Assembly (NCBI GenBank): GCA_040954595.2
Contig: CM082583.2
Span: 6,818,849 to 6,882,848, forward strand
DNA length: 64,000 bases
Reading direction: 5' to 3'
From: Balanoglossus misakiensis
Lineage: Eukaryota; Animalia; Hemichordata
The notes under the pieces are model-generated. The model was not told the origin of the DNA and did not search any database. It saw only the letters and a list, made by a program, of their open reading frames with translations. The position numbers were made by a program, and so were the translations under genes. This document shows, piece by piece, positions 45,792-60,700 of the stretch. Position 1 is the stretch's first letter; every line of letters begins with the position of its first letter.

Positions 45792-48700
45792 GTACGTATA
45801 AATATTCCAAGGTCCCACCATGTGAAATATTTCCTGATGACCTTATCAGGTTCCACAAAGTATACTAAAACTTTATGCTCATAGTAACATTGGAATGGTG
45901 GCTTCCACCAAGCTTGCGTGTGTGTTGTTTATAATGTCCATTTCACCTCTCACCAGGTCAGTGTGAAATGAACATGCTACCACTGTACCAGAGTGGTGTT
46001 TCCTATGTGTCATGATGATGGTTTGAAATATTTAGAAAGGCAACTGCAGAACAGAGAGTGCTGTTTGTAACTACCAGCACCCGAAGGTCATGCCTGATCA
46101 GTGTATTTATGTTGATAAGTGTAAATCAGCCGGCCACTTGATAGTGTAAACTAATACATGTACAGGGCCTCCAATAGGAGATTGTTGAACCATTTATGGT
46201 ACAATTTGGCTTGTCATTATTCATGAACCACATGTCATCTGAGGAACAGGCTGTTGTTTTGCAATAGGTCATTGGTCGCTGCATGAATGAGCTGATAGGA
46301 GTCTGGTGTTAGGCCTCAAATGTTTTTTTGTTATTTGTAACCCAGTGCTGTGTACCGATGTGATGTGGTTGCATAATGTCGCATTCACTGGTACAGTTGT
46401 GCCTTTGTGTACAAGTTTTTTGTGTTTGTGTGTGCGTGGCTGAAACTTTTCATATCACATGTCCTGACACAGTGAATGGGGGGTGTGAATAACGAGTGTG
46501 TACCGGTAGTAGTCAGGTAGCAGAGAGCAGTGACTCTCAAAATATTTACGATTCGTGTACCCAGCTCTTCACGGTGATAGCTGGGAACAGTTACACATCA
46601 ACTGGCTGTCTGGTTGACTTCTCGCTTGTCATACATGATTGGAGCTGGCAACACAAGTACTATCACATACACTTCAATGAGTACATGTGTTTCTTTTTTT
46701 CCAGTCCTGACAAAAGCGCTATCACTGTCTGGGACCCTTTCATAAAGTTGTTTATCTGCAAAGTCTGTGCCTTTATAGACAAACAACAATTAGGGCCAAT
46801 ATAAGGAGTAAAGCCCCATTCACTTTGAATTCTCAGAAGCATGTTTAGCTTTTGTTTGGGAGACGGTCAAATTCTTGAAAAAAATCAATACTGCTATATT
46901 TTACTTCAGTAAAGTGATAATGTTTGTTTGGATGGCTAATTGGCAGTGTTATTCAGAGAAATCATATGATATCTGTGCTTTGTCTTTTCCAAATGAGAGA
47001 GCCAGCTGATACATCGTGTTCTAGATAGTGCTTATGCTCACCAACAATATAATAACATCAAAACTGCAATTCTTTATAGCCAGTAAAATGCCATTATTTT
47101 ATCCTTTGAGTTTGACTGTGAAGTAATACTAATAATTCATTTTGTCACCCTGTATCCAGTGGTATTAATTTATGGTACCATTTTAGTTAGTAAATGTATT
47201 TAGCCAGTTAGTTGATGTTAGTCTGTTATTTAGTTTCACATTATACATTATACTATGTTCCTTATTTGACATTTGATTTTAAATATTGTAGGTTGTAGGT
47301 ATGATTTTAAATATATTCTTGACAACTTTCAATATTTGTGCTTATAAAGGTTGGTCAGAAAATTGTCCAGAACACACTGAGAAAGTTGTTTTTGACAGGA
47401 GTGTTGAATTTAATCACTAGAATCTTACCATCAACAATCAAATGTTGCTGTATTTGCAGATTGCAATTTCATGCCATTTTTATACTCAGTTTATTTTTAA
47501 ATCCTAGTACATGCAGTAAAATGCTTTATGGGTGTTTGTGCAAAAAATTTACCATTACCAGTTTTGGTATGAACTGTGGTCACTAGGCGTCCTGATTTCA
47601 GTGTGTGTATTTTTGTAATGGTTTGTGAGCAGCACATTTGGAGATTCCGTTCTCTCTCCCAAGGGGCTGGGGGGAAAGTGACATCACTTTATTAAAAGTA
47701 TTATTGTCTGGGTATTAAAGTAGAGCATGTCCATGTCCCCAGTGTGATTCTCTAAATGGGAGCAGTAATTTTATCATTTTCCATATAATTGCTTTTGTTA
47801 TTCAATGTAAACTCGCCACTGTGCCCCCAGGTCATGCTATTACTCATTTGCTATTTACGTATGACATTTAAGAGGCCAGCCCCACTGCCGTTGTGGCGTA
47901 ATTACAAACAGTATCGTTTTGAACGTTTGATTGTCCAATCTAGCCGAAGATCCCAGCGCAGGCAAGAGTCGGGTTTTTTTCGGTGTAATTATTTTTTCAA
48001 TGCAATGACTTCTTTGCTCACACTCCATCTATCAACCTATTTCAATTACTGCAACGCTGCTTAAGTCCTTACACCCATAAAATCAATCTTCCCGCAAATA
48101 CATATATATATTTTTTAATACCGTGTTCATCAGTTATTGCAATTTGTTAGAATGCACTCATCTGGAAACTCGACATCTGTGGGTATCAGTTTAATGGGAA
48201 TATAGTCACAACAGCGTGTTTGACAATAGGCCGACTTGATTGGTTGACAAAAAAAAAATCATCCAATATTGACAGTGCGATAGCCCCTTTAATATGGTGC
48301 AGCTGTGTGCCTCAGTCAAGCTTGCAGTGAAGTATAGTTTACATAGGGCTGTGCCCACGCAGTAAACACTTTCAACTGGCATGGCATTTTTGAATTCTCT
48401 GTATGTGTATTTGTATGTGCCAGAAAAAAAAAGTAGGTCACGTCTGTGGGACTGAACACCTCCGGAGAGGCCATAAGGAATTGTCATCTGAATTCCAACC
48501 GCATTTATCACTGTGTAAATTTGCGTCATTGGCTCCGGTGTCTGCTGGAAATATATGCCAAGGCATTGACTTCCTCAGCTCAGTGTGTACCTTTGTCAAT
48601 ATAGCTCTGGTGTTAATAGGGGGAGTTCTCAATGCGGGGTCAGCGAGGTGACTGGATCAGGGCTTGGCTCGAGTTACCCGCCAAGAGCTTGGTTCACATG

Positions 48701-51700
48701 ACCTAGCTTTGCTTGGCTTGGCTTGCCCTCATCTACATGCCATATGCATACGACATGTCCAGCGTATTTCCTGCAGACGCTGAACAATTCCATCTGACAT
48801 CTACACCCACCCTCGTGTCTCTGAAACAGTAAGTTGATCATTTTCAGTATTTCCCTGGGCCGCTTTTTTAGTTTATTTGGCCTGGTAATGACTGGAATAC
48901 CTCGAAATGGGACAGGCGCTGTCGACGTGTTCTGTCATGCTGTAGTGGCGTTGGATCACTGATGACGCAGCCATATTTTTCGCGGAGCCGAACGCGCTTT
49001 GATGGTGTCACGTTGTGCGAAGTGCCTCGAACGAGCAAATTCGTTCTCTTGCTCCCATCCCCCCCGTCCGTTATCGCCTGCTGATTGCCACTACCACTCC
49101 AGTTTGAATTGTTATCTCACTAGTTGTGTTCATCAATGGCCTGTGTTACTGCAAACACGTTGCATGGTCTCTACGCGTACATGTATTAACCTGTACAGTG
49201 CAGCCATACTACCTGTCTGCATATTGATGTGTGATAGATACGCAGACTTCAGAAGTATAACAATCACAGCCTCAGTGTTCAAAATTTCTCACCACCGACC
49301 CAGATCGGAGTGTCGTCCTGTGACCTAAATACCCTGGTTGATTAATTGAAGAAGAAAATTAGCGGCTTTGTATGTCAATATGGTGGAATTCCCCAAGCAG
49401 TTTTATCAAGTGTCAATTTATACTGTGGCCTGCACTATGATGTCAGCCATTCATATGTACATGAGCGAGATATGTTGCTGATATCCTGTGTACATTTCAA
49501 TCGTCCTTCAAATGAAATTGAGTGCTACATGTATTTTATTACACGGTCTCATCTATAATGTACCTTTGTCACTGAAATTGTTGCTCTAGATGGTTAAATT
49601 ACAGCCTTTGGTGATGTAAATATATCAAAGCTGTTGAATGGTGAGAATTCCAGAAAATATATTGACAGTGTCAGAGGTCAGAGTTTGAAAGACATTAAAA
49701 CTGCACGTTTTTTTTTGTATATTTTACGACGGCTTACCACAGCAAGTTTTATTACACTGATTATTTATAAGAAGTCACTTAATTATTGTGCTGGTTATTT
49801 ATTGTGATGGGGCCAATGTTTATGAGAAATTAATCCGATTGTTTAGTATTTATTCAACTGATTTTTGCCCTCAAAACTATGAATTGTACAACCGTAAGTT
49901 TTTACGAGCTGGTTCACATATTGAAATTTACCCCAATTAAAAAGCCTTTGGAGCTGATGGAAATTAACTAATATGGTTTTAAAAGCCAAATTGTATTGAG
50001 GATTATACTTGTATATACTAGCAAAGATAGGAAGAGAGAAACGCACAATTATAGTTTGGCAGTTGTCACCATTGATAAAGCTTGTCATTTATTAACATGC
50101 TGGTTTTCAAACAGGGAACTAATTATATTCCTGTACTTCTGAGATTATGGTCTTTTTAATGCATACAGAAATGACCTTGACCTGAATTTTTTTCACTGGT
50201 GACGTTTGCTGTATTTTTTTCTTCATAAAACCATGTGTTTATTTGAATCTTGTTTTGCTTGTATGCCAAACAGACTTATGTGTACATAAGCTTGTTGGTA
50301 TTACCAGGATATTGCAGGGATCACTGGGTACAATATTTCTTTACCAATTAGATCAACATCAATTTTATAGCGTGTGTCGTCAGAATTTCAGATACATTTA
50401 ATAATATCCTCATAAATAGTGCTCAGACAAGCCAACCGTAATGTTTGCTGTGAACAATATTTTCTGTGTACTTCCACCATATGGCTGTTGGTGTTAGATT
50501 CTGTCAGAATGATTTGCTTGGATATACATTAATTTCAAGAGAAAATCAGGTCCTGTCTGGCATCACAAATTTCTGAATTGTCAGTGAAAAATTCCAAATG
50601 TCTAATATTAATACACTGCAGCGGTGCTAACTGTTAATGTGATCATAAAATCAAATTAAGGAGGAAAATGCAGTTTGCATGTTGTATTTTGACACAGTAA
50701 TTTGTATTGCAGATTCAGTAATGTAGATTGAGTTTTCACTCTGTTTATTCAGTCAGAATTCATCATTATGTCCCAGAATGCGACATGTAGACATTGCGTT
50801 GCCATGGACAAAAATTTTGTATGAAGAAAGATTGAAGAGACTTTAGTTCGATACGAAACAGCCTCTCTGTACTCAGTGGCCATATTTAATTTTTTTGTCT
50901 CGTCTGCCGTACAGTGTCAGAGTGGCCGAGAGGAACTGCCTTCATTTCCCACTTGAAATGCTTGATTTTTCTCTGTACCATAGCTGAGGGCCAGACACAG
51001 TGATCACAGCGTTACTCATCAAATATTTATGCGTGCAATCAGTGCCGGACCTATTGTGCATATGCCTTTTTTTTCGCGGAGGTGGTTTTCGCTGTTTATT
51101 TATGGATGAAATACCGTACATGGAAAAACAGACTGCTGGCAGATGGCTTAATTTGTGTTTTATATCCATTAAGGCATTAATACATGTCCATAGAAGTGGA
51201 CCTAACAAGAAGGCGTAATTAAAAACACTACTGTGCCCTTCATTACATCAATCTCAAATCCGCTATGAATTTTTAAATGCATTTTTTTTCTTCTGCCAAA
51301 TTTCTGTATTAAATAAATATAATACTCCTATTAAAATGGTGATTATGAAAAGACGAGAGTGATTTGGAATATAAATTTATTATATTAGTAGATACGTAGC
51401 AGAGATTGAAGAGGCCATATATAATTTTAGAATTGTCTGGCAACGTTTTTTGAAAGGGAAATTGACTTGGAAAATTGTCACGACTTGATGAAAAAAATAA
51501 ATACTGAACCGTGTGGAATTGAAGAGTGTGAGTTACCAAATATTTAGTGATATTTCACAGTGATTTGAGGAATTGTAATTCTGCTGTGTTTCGTCAATGG
51601 CAGAAAAAAATACCAAAGAAAAAAATACTTCCTCCTGCTGGAGAAGTTGGTACCAGCGAGCGGGAAAAGTGATGTGAAATTTGATAGTCTGAAGTGGAGA

Positions 51701-54700
51701 GAAGAGGTGACCCAGAATAAAAATGCGAGCAGAGGGGGCCATTATCAGTTGGTGTCAGTTTTGTGCCGTAGCTGCGAATGTTAATGTTCACATTTTTAAT
51801 GCGTATGATCATGAAGAGTGATAAGGTGTGACAGGCCCGAGATGGGTTTAGATTAATTCATTTGCTTGTAATTTATAAAGTGAGTGCTGTTGAAATTTGA
51901 ATTTATATAACCAACGTTTGCTTGACTTTTAACCAGCGGTCCTGATGCTATTTATAGCACCGTATACTATCTGCGAATGCGCACAGTGAGATGGGAATTT
52001 CTAAACAGTCTGCAGTGAGGTTCGTCGGTAATATTGCTGTTAGATTAGTGTGCTCTCTAAGATCCCTGGGTTTTGTGGCTAGATTATAAGTGAATTGACT
52101 GACAAACAGGACCGGGCTGATTAAATTAATCGAGTGAATGCAGGCCCCGAATCAACTTGTCTGTGTTTGCACTTGTAAGGTTTCGAACACCTTGGGATGA
52201 ATGGTCTACTATCTCAGGGTGTAATCTGCTCTGCAAACAGGCATGTTTGCGCCCTAGACAGTTGGATTGATCAGGTGAATGCCTTGAAGACAGAATACGC
52301 CACTTGTACACACTTTACACAGATTGTGAGGCTTCTTGATGAAGTCGTAGAAGCGCGAAACAGAGAAGTGTGTGTGTGCGTGTTAGAACAGGAGAGAAAA
52401 ATGGGTGGTCTCCTCTGCCAGAGTGTTGTTCATTAATGGAACCGGCCTTTTTGCTGCTATTGAGCCACAGTGGAGTGATACGAACACTTTGCTGTGAGAA
52501 CACACAGGCCCGCATTCTGTGGTAATGAAACTTCTTCACCTGATTAAACCCAGTGATTAGCTTCTGTTTTCAATTAAAAGCCTTAATAGAGTGCGGCCCC
52601 GCCCACCTGACACTGCCTGCTATCAGCTCTTGGCAAAGGCTGTGTGACCTTACCTCACCCCCGGTGAATTGAACACATTTACTGTTGTTCAAGTAAAGCC
52701 CTCTCCTTCTCTCTCTCTCTCTTTCTCACAATGAGAAAAGTGCTAGCCGAGAATTGAAAAGGGGTCTTGTGAAATATTTGAGCTGTACCTCCCCCCCTGT
52801 GCTGAGGGAGTGTGTTACTTCATGAATAGCCAAATCAGTGTTCGGGCGCCAGGACAAAAGAACTGGAAAAGAAGTGACACCATATGGGTACAGCTGAGAT
52901 TGAATTGAAATTTGTTCAATTATGTGAAAGTGAAAAATCCAACAAACAGGACAAAGCGCCGCATTATGAAGGCAATTAATACGAGTCCTTGACTCAATAG
53001 GGAAAGTTAATACACTGGAGAAAGACTGCCTCAGATGTGTCCACGTTGAGGCGAATGAGATGTTCATATTAGTGTGAAATATTGCTGCCAGTTGTGGCCG
53101 CTAATCCCCATGCATGTTTATCTTGTTAAAACATTCATAATCCATGGGAAAGTTACACTGAAAAGGGTAGCTTTTGTGCTCGGATGTCAAATTGTAATCC
53201 CGCCATAAAGGGATTCATGTGGATAGTTTTCGTAAGTACACTTGCAGCGGTCGATGCAATAACCCAGTTAGCGATATCGCCCATTGTGGTGAGTTGCATC
53301 AGCTATGCCAACTTGTGCAGCAGCAAATGTACAGTGATGGGTCAGATCTTGGAGAGGTCACGTTGAGTTTTTTTCAGTCTACTTTTGATTTGATTGTCGG
53401 TGTCCCCCATCAGATGTCAGTGATTTTGTCTTTCTTTAAGTTGGACATAAAATCTCAGTAGTTTTCCTCCACTGCGACCAGGATCTGTTTTTGCCCATAT
53501 TTTAGTCTTTATTGTCCGTTTAAAAACTCGTCATTATCCATCATGACAACAAGTGTTGGCACAGAAAAACCCATCACACCCAAATCATCACGTAGACAGC
53601 GCGTTGCCCTAAAGAAATCTCTGTTTATAAAAGAAACTTGTTTTATTTTCATACTGCTGTCTCAAATACCAAACTGAACCGCTGAGGTACAGGGGCCAGA
53701 TCGTCAGTGATGCATTCTCTTTCACACGGATTTTACGAGTTAAAATACCAAGCAGTAAATGTATTGTTGTGGTTACTACTGCACACAGATATTCCTGTCA
53801 GTTATTTTCAGTGGATAATTTATCAGTCAGTTGAGCATTCCACAATACTCACTAACTTAAATAGGTTTTTGTGCTACCTGGGTGAGTGATACTAATCGCA
53901 CATGGTCGACAGAATATTCAAGATGGCGGATTTCTGAGAAAAAAATGTGATAATGTTGAAGAATTTTAAATTTATGACAACTGTCAGATTGAAAGAAGTC
54001 ATGAAATTGGTTAATCCCCAGAATTAGGCTGGTCACCATAGTCTGCTTCCTCACTTATTATTTCATCACCCATCTATTTCATATTCTGTGTTTACAGATG
54101 AGACCGTTTTGAAATCTATAAAACTTTAATTTATCAGTAACATTTATTTGTATGTTTTGATAAGAAGTGACCGTTCATGCCCGGTCAAGCTTCCAAAGTC
54201 CAGATTCCTCAGTGGAACACCTCCCCTTAAACTCTTCACAGTTGCTAAGTACTCGGGCTACAAAGGGCACACCAGGTTCCAGGCTTGCATGCTGATAATG
54301 CGTGATGATGTCATCTGACGCATCATTCATGTGGTGATTCCACTCTGACCTTTGGTGTGTTTGTTGCTGAGTGATCTGTGGATTGTATGCGCTTGGTTTC
54401 TGGGGCAGGAATTGACAGGACTTGTTGTGTCCTTCGTGTCAGACCCGTTATGGAGCGGTGCCAATAAAACGGCGTGTTTACCAGAACCTGAGTGCATTTG
54501 TTGAACTTCCTCACCGGGGAAGTTCAAAGGTAAGGTCATCGACCCCAGCAGTCTTGGTCTTTGAACCCAAAGGTGGGTTCCGTTCGTGCAGCAGAAACTT
54601 TGAGAAAGAGACGTTTGGTTCACTCTCTGATTCTGAACTTGCCAACTCCGCGCCCCACCCCCAACTCCATGTTGAATGGGGCAAACCATGGCAGGGGAAT

Positions 54701-57700
54701 GGATTGGATGATTGGGAATGAATGCAGAGGTTTATGTGAACCATGTGGATTTGTATTTGTATACTGTCCTCAGATTGTGACTTTCAAGAAGAAAGGGAAC
54801 ACTGGCAACCAGTGTTCGTCTGACACACACACTAAGACTTACCTAGGTACATGCACCTATGATCACTGATGTCATATTAAATCCAAACAGGCAGCATGTT
54901 GCTTGTCTTACTGTGTAGTGATGTGATTAGCAATAATTTGTAAATCACTTCGGAATTCTGATGCCTACTAAGTATTGCTTGATTGATTTCAGGATATTCA
55001 GTAAAGACATTTGATATTGAACTTCAAAAGAAAAAAACTGAAATTAACATCGCCTGAACTGAAGGGTATTTTTGACCAATATTAGATTTTCCACAGCGGT
55101 TGATCATTTATACGCTTCATAAATTTTCTGATGCAGCGCATGAAAGGGGTGGGACTGCCAGGTGCGATACTTCATGTCTTATAGCTCATCCCCATAGCTG
55201 GTTATTTATTGCCAAAATCGGAAAATATGTTTTAACTGCAAATTGTGAATGGTAGTAAACTTTAATTGTGACAACATTGCTGGAGGCGAGACGGTGCCAG
55301 CAATATATTTTGCATACAAGATCTGTTAAGAGACCTGTACTCAGGTGTAAACTGTTAGGCAAATAGCCCCCAGGTTCAGCAACATCAACCATATGCTGCC
55401 CTGTGTCGCATTATTTGAAATTACAAAGCATAGACGCATAAAATGATCTGTTATGTTGTAAATCTTGCCATGGAAACTAAAAGCAAGTTCTCCGCGATAT
55501 TTTATTGGGACGGAATGAATTGTGTCGAGTCGGGGAGACGCAAGTTGCGCCCTTTAATGAAGAAGCTGAGAAGGATATAAGTTACACGCTTACATAATGC
55601 TAAGCAAGGTGGGCGTATTTTTCCCCCTGCTACTTCATTAATCATCGGTAAAGAAGTTTCATTGTCCGCAAGGGAACAGCCACATCACTGACTCACCGAA
55701 ACGTTGATTGAGTGGGAGGTTGCTGGGTCTTAGAAGGCCTGCTCTGATTGGCCGGCCAGGTGGCATGTTATGCAGAGCGTTGCTCATTGTCAGCCAGTCA
55801 GGCAAGTGGTTGTATTGTTGCGCGCGGAGAAAGTTGTTTACTTACTGGGTATAGCAGAGCTCAGTGTCTGGCATCGTCAATTTACTATGAATAGTAGTAC
55901 GCGGGACCCGTGTACATGTACGTACACACCTCATTTGCTGCAGTATTCTTTTCATTGTTGACTAACATGGATGAACCAGGTAAGACTTGTTTTGGTGGCA
56001 TTTTCTTCTTGTTTGTCAACAGTCTTTCGAGCTCGGGGGGAAAATATTTTCATTCTTGAAATTTTTCGAGTCACCCATTCCGACAGTAGTGCCGTTTTGT
56101 GGCATTAGTCATCAAGTTGATTCATGAATGACGTTGAAAGGCTGATGCCGTAATTGCTCATATTTCACTACATGTGTGTCTACATGCACCATTCAATCTC
56201 TCTGGTCCCGTCATCATGAGACCGTGCCACCCAGTCTGTAGTGCACTGTCTGAGCAGACATTCAAGCAGGATAATGCCAGGAATACTAAATGTGTATGTG
56301 TGTGACTCTGTGTCTGTGTGTGTGTGTATCTATCTCTGTATCTGTGTGTGTGTGCGTGTGTGCATACCAGTTTGTTTGGTTTACTCATCGCTCACATGCG
56401 GTATACATGTACATGTATTGTAAGGGCAAACTGATTAAGGCTTGACCTGAGCAGTGCACAGTGGCATACTTAACATGCATGCGTTACTCTTGCACATGTA
56501 CATTTGTATTGGCCATGTCAGCCAGGCTAGTGATTCATTTAAATCAAAATCCCTAACCCTGGAGCCAATCACAGATGCATTTACAGTGACCAGTGATGTC
56601 TTGGTATTGAATGGTGTGTTGTGTCTGCACTGACGTGGCTCTCTTCCCAGCTATCAAAAATATATGTTGGGTTGGTAGAAAAGATTGAAGCCTGTAATTG
56701 TGTTTTCAAAGGAAAGTGGCATATTCTAAACAAATCAAAGATCACGGTTACATACGTAACATTAATTTTATGGCAAAGAAAGTAGCAGTTTAATAATTTC
56801 CTTGTTACTTCCTGAAATGTGATATGACCTATTAATGCTATAACTTTTTTCAAAGTAGTTGACCATTTTGTCCACTAAGTCTGTACTGTACAGGATAGAA
56901 GTACCAGTATTTTTATGAGGCCACTACAATTTTGTATTGTGTCATTTATAGCAGAAGCCCTGACTTTTTGGTTCCTGTCGCATCCATGCAGAAGGGTATA
57001 TAAAAACCTTATTGACATTGCTTGCAGTGGCAACACACCATCTTCAATCAGTGAGATCTCCACTTCAAGTGCCCTTGCTCGCTCCTCCACGATGACCTTA
57101 GAGTGTGTGGACTGTGATTTGCAGCATTGATCCAGACAGCGGGGGAGAACAACCTCCCGCTGTTCAGTCACTAAGTGCTTCAGCCAATGAAGTTGTTTGC
57201 CCCCATTTCCCTTACAAGCCAACCTGCAAATAAATGTAGCTACAGTTACCGCAGGCTCTATAATCTGGCCTCATGGACGGTTACATTCAAAGTGAGAATG
57301 TCCGAACAATTAATTTAAATTCCAGTCAGTAGCCGGCGATGCAGTCTGAAATCCACACCGCCCTGATGTGTCTCTTCTTTCTGATTTCCACATGTACTCT
57401 GACATTAGGATCGTTGTTGTGAGCAAGCAAAGGGGAAAGTTAGCCAGCTCCAGGGAGAGCCCCACAGCCAGACTGGAATCGGATTAATTTCAATGTGTAG
57501 GTGGGAACTCAGAAACATTGATGTGCTGTCTTGCATGCTTTGGGTTTGTTTTTTTCACCCGCTTGGCACGCTGCCCAGACTTGATGTTTTGGTGACTTGC
57601 TGCGCCTGAAAGGGTAACTGCCACCACATTAACCAATTACCTAGAGGCTAATATTTTCAAATTACCTCTAACTTAGCGAGGGCAAAGTAGTTTTGAGGTT

Positions 57701-60700
57701 TGACAAAAAGGATTTGGGACGTGTCCTGGGGTCAAAATTTAAAAATTGGTCTTAAAGTGTTAGTGGTATTTTATTTCTTTAATGTGACTTTTTTATTACA
57801 ATAACGTCCGAAAGAGTTTACTTGGACGTGAGAATTTCTTACCAGTTGCTGCAGCTGCTAAAAGTTTAATAATGACAGTAATCTTCATGTTGATCGAGAA
57901 TTAGGATATGGTCTAATTTGAACTTGAAAAATGGTATTTTGACAAGTTTATTGTTTAGTTTGATGGATGATGGTTAATTTGTAACTCTTGAAGCAGGTGG
58001 AAAAGAGCTTTACGTTTTAGTTTTGCAATGGTCTGCTGGACAGGGATAAGGGCTTTCCGCTTGAGGGTGGAATTATTTTGTGTGGCCTGATTTTGAAGGT
58101 CGGGCGTGACCCTATCTGGGGTTGTGGATGTTTGGGATTTGTGTGTTATGAGAGAGATCTTATACCAGGAGACCTCCATGGGTGCTTGGGCTGTATATTT
58201 GTGTTGAAATGTTCGGGTAAACAAAGTGTGACTGATGAGGAAAAGAACTGAGGTGATCACCACAAATAATGCACTACCCTGTGCTGCAGCATTGTAAAAA
58301 TCCAAGTTGTACAGTTCTGGTCTATCCTTTTGAGTTGACCCGTGTTTCTTTCATCTCTGGGGAGCTACAATGGCCTGTCCACTCAAATTGTGTAACGCAC
58401 GTTCAAAAACGTGTACAATCGGACACTGGCTTTGGGGTATAGTACCGATACCAGTCCATATAGTAGGACAATTGTTTTCTGTAACTTTGAGCAGTCTCTT
58501 TAGTACTGGATTGTTTCTTTTCATCATCAGAATAAAAGCCTCTGTGATTCAAAACTTTATTCATGACTCGACGTCTGCTGGACAGCACGATCAAGTCCAG
58601 TGCAAGTTACTTACTGTACTTAGTACAGACATAATGTCGCGCCGTCTCTGCTCAGACCTGACTCTCTTTTTCTTGTTGTGAAGCTGATGCAGAAATATTT
58701 ATACAAAAACACAAATAACACTCTGAGATTCACAAACAAATTAATGTAACAGACATGGAGGTGAGCCAAGATTGAGGTTTTGATTTGAAAGCACACCCTC
58801 CACACTGTTGTGCAACAATGCGGCGCAACAACAAAAGTTGCACAGTGTCATTGTTGCCCGACAAAGAGTGAGTCTGGGAGGAAAATTAGATATCTGCAAG
58901 TACCACCGGTTTTTGTTGTGTCAGGGTGGATGGGAGTGTCCCGTCTATTGTGTCTCTTTGAATTAGTAATTGAAAGCCATGTACTGAGAGGGGCCCCCAT
59001 TCTTTTCACGTACGACACAGAAGGCAGATTTCTCCCCTCTTTTTGTACTTGGGTCATATACGCGGAGCGCTTAGCACAGATGTCAATTCACAGCAATGTG
59101 CATGCTCTGCTGGTAGACTGTAGAGCAACTTCGTCGGTAAGTCGACAGTATACGTGTACGCTTTTGAAAAGAAGCCCCTGTTTGGTGTAATTGCTCTTGT
59201 TACAAGGTGGGGACTGTGCCACCTCTCGGATCCCATTACATGTATATCCCCCTTTGTCATTGCGGTTGTCTGACGATCGAGACAGCGAGTCCTACCTGTT
59301 GTGGTTTGTCTCTCCATGGTGTGATTAAATGGCCTTCCTTTCATTGAACAAACCCAATGTGTTTTTATCGGTCTGCCGGAGTGTAAAGATGCCTCAGGGC
59401 TATAGCTCTCTGTGACTGTGAGTGGAGGCCTGTTTGTGTGTCAACATGCTGTGCGTATACATGTCAACGACAGTTCATGAGTAAGGTGGCATACACTAGA
59501 GTGTGTCCACAGCAAGTGGTCCAGGAGGTACAAAATGTACACTTACCTGATTATGTTCATTTTTTCGTGTGAAAATTTTACCGAATAGCAACCTGTACTG
59601 TCAAGCCTGTACACAAGTTTACCATGCATCATTTATAAATTATAATGGAATGAAAAATGTCTTTTAAAGATGTCATCTTGAGAAGTATGTGTCCTTTGAA
59701 TCTTCTGACATGTCTGCACCAGATTTTGGACTTAAGCAGTTGACGCTAATGCTTGTCATACACCAAGATTTCTGTTGAACTGCTTCTGAGCAAGATGAGT
59801 CTGAACACTTGGGAGTAATGTACTGACCAGTGGCAGTTGATAAGTATAAGGATGTAGTAAACTGTATTCCACAGTGGAGAATGCACAGTGACTACGGTAC
59901 CCATTTTGTACAGCGGAAACCCCAGGGTTATTTCCAACCCATCAAATTCTCATCTGTGGTATCTGTAAAGTGTCGTATGACAACAGTAATAGTTGTTAAC
60001 CCTCTTCTTGTAATAGACCTGAGTGTTATTGTGTAGCTGACATGTTGACAGTTTTTAGACACAGTGTTTGGTGTCCCAGTGTCATGCAAGGTGGTGTGTT
60101 TGTTGTGATTTCCCATCGTGATGACCATCAGCGGCGTTTGAAAATTCAGTTCTTGTACTGTACTCTGGCCCAAATAATCTCTGGACTCAAGAACTCTGTG
60201 GCTTTGCGGTCGAGATCAGCAAGCACATGCTATTCAGATTTATCGCTCGGGTCACAGATAAGTGCAGAGCGGGCATTGTGTATACTTGCTCAAATCTGTG
60301 TAGGGGTCAACAAGTACATACATTTATACTGTTTCTGTGTTAGAGTAGTGGTTTTAGAAACTAGTTAATGGTGTTGCCAGTGCCAAATAGTTTGTTGGTG
60401 TGTCTCATAGGTAAGGATCAGTTTAGCCCCAGCTTACCACCCACCCCAATCATTGAATCAATGTACATGTACATGTATTGGTTCATAACTGTTTTGTAGA
60501 AAATGAGAGGGTTTGTACATGTACCTCCACAGAATAAAAGTAAAAGTGTTGTTGTCATAATGCTAATAGTGAGACAGACCATTGCTGTTCGATATAACAT
60601 GTTTTTGAAGAGAATACTTGCATACACGTACACCTTGACCAAGTGAACCTAATGTCATCAGCTGAATGACTTCATTAAGTCCATTTATGTGAGATGAAAA

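Noticed and set aside
54298-54323. ATGCG-TGATGA-N6-CTGA-CGCAT resembling a C/D-box snoRNA
   Set aside because: There are only 6 nt between the boxes, no guide region, and the spacing lacks the 3-nt K-turn bulge.
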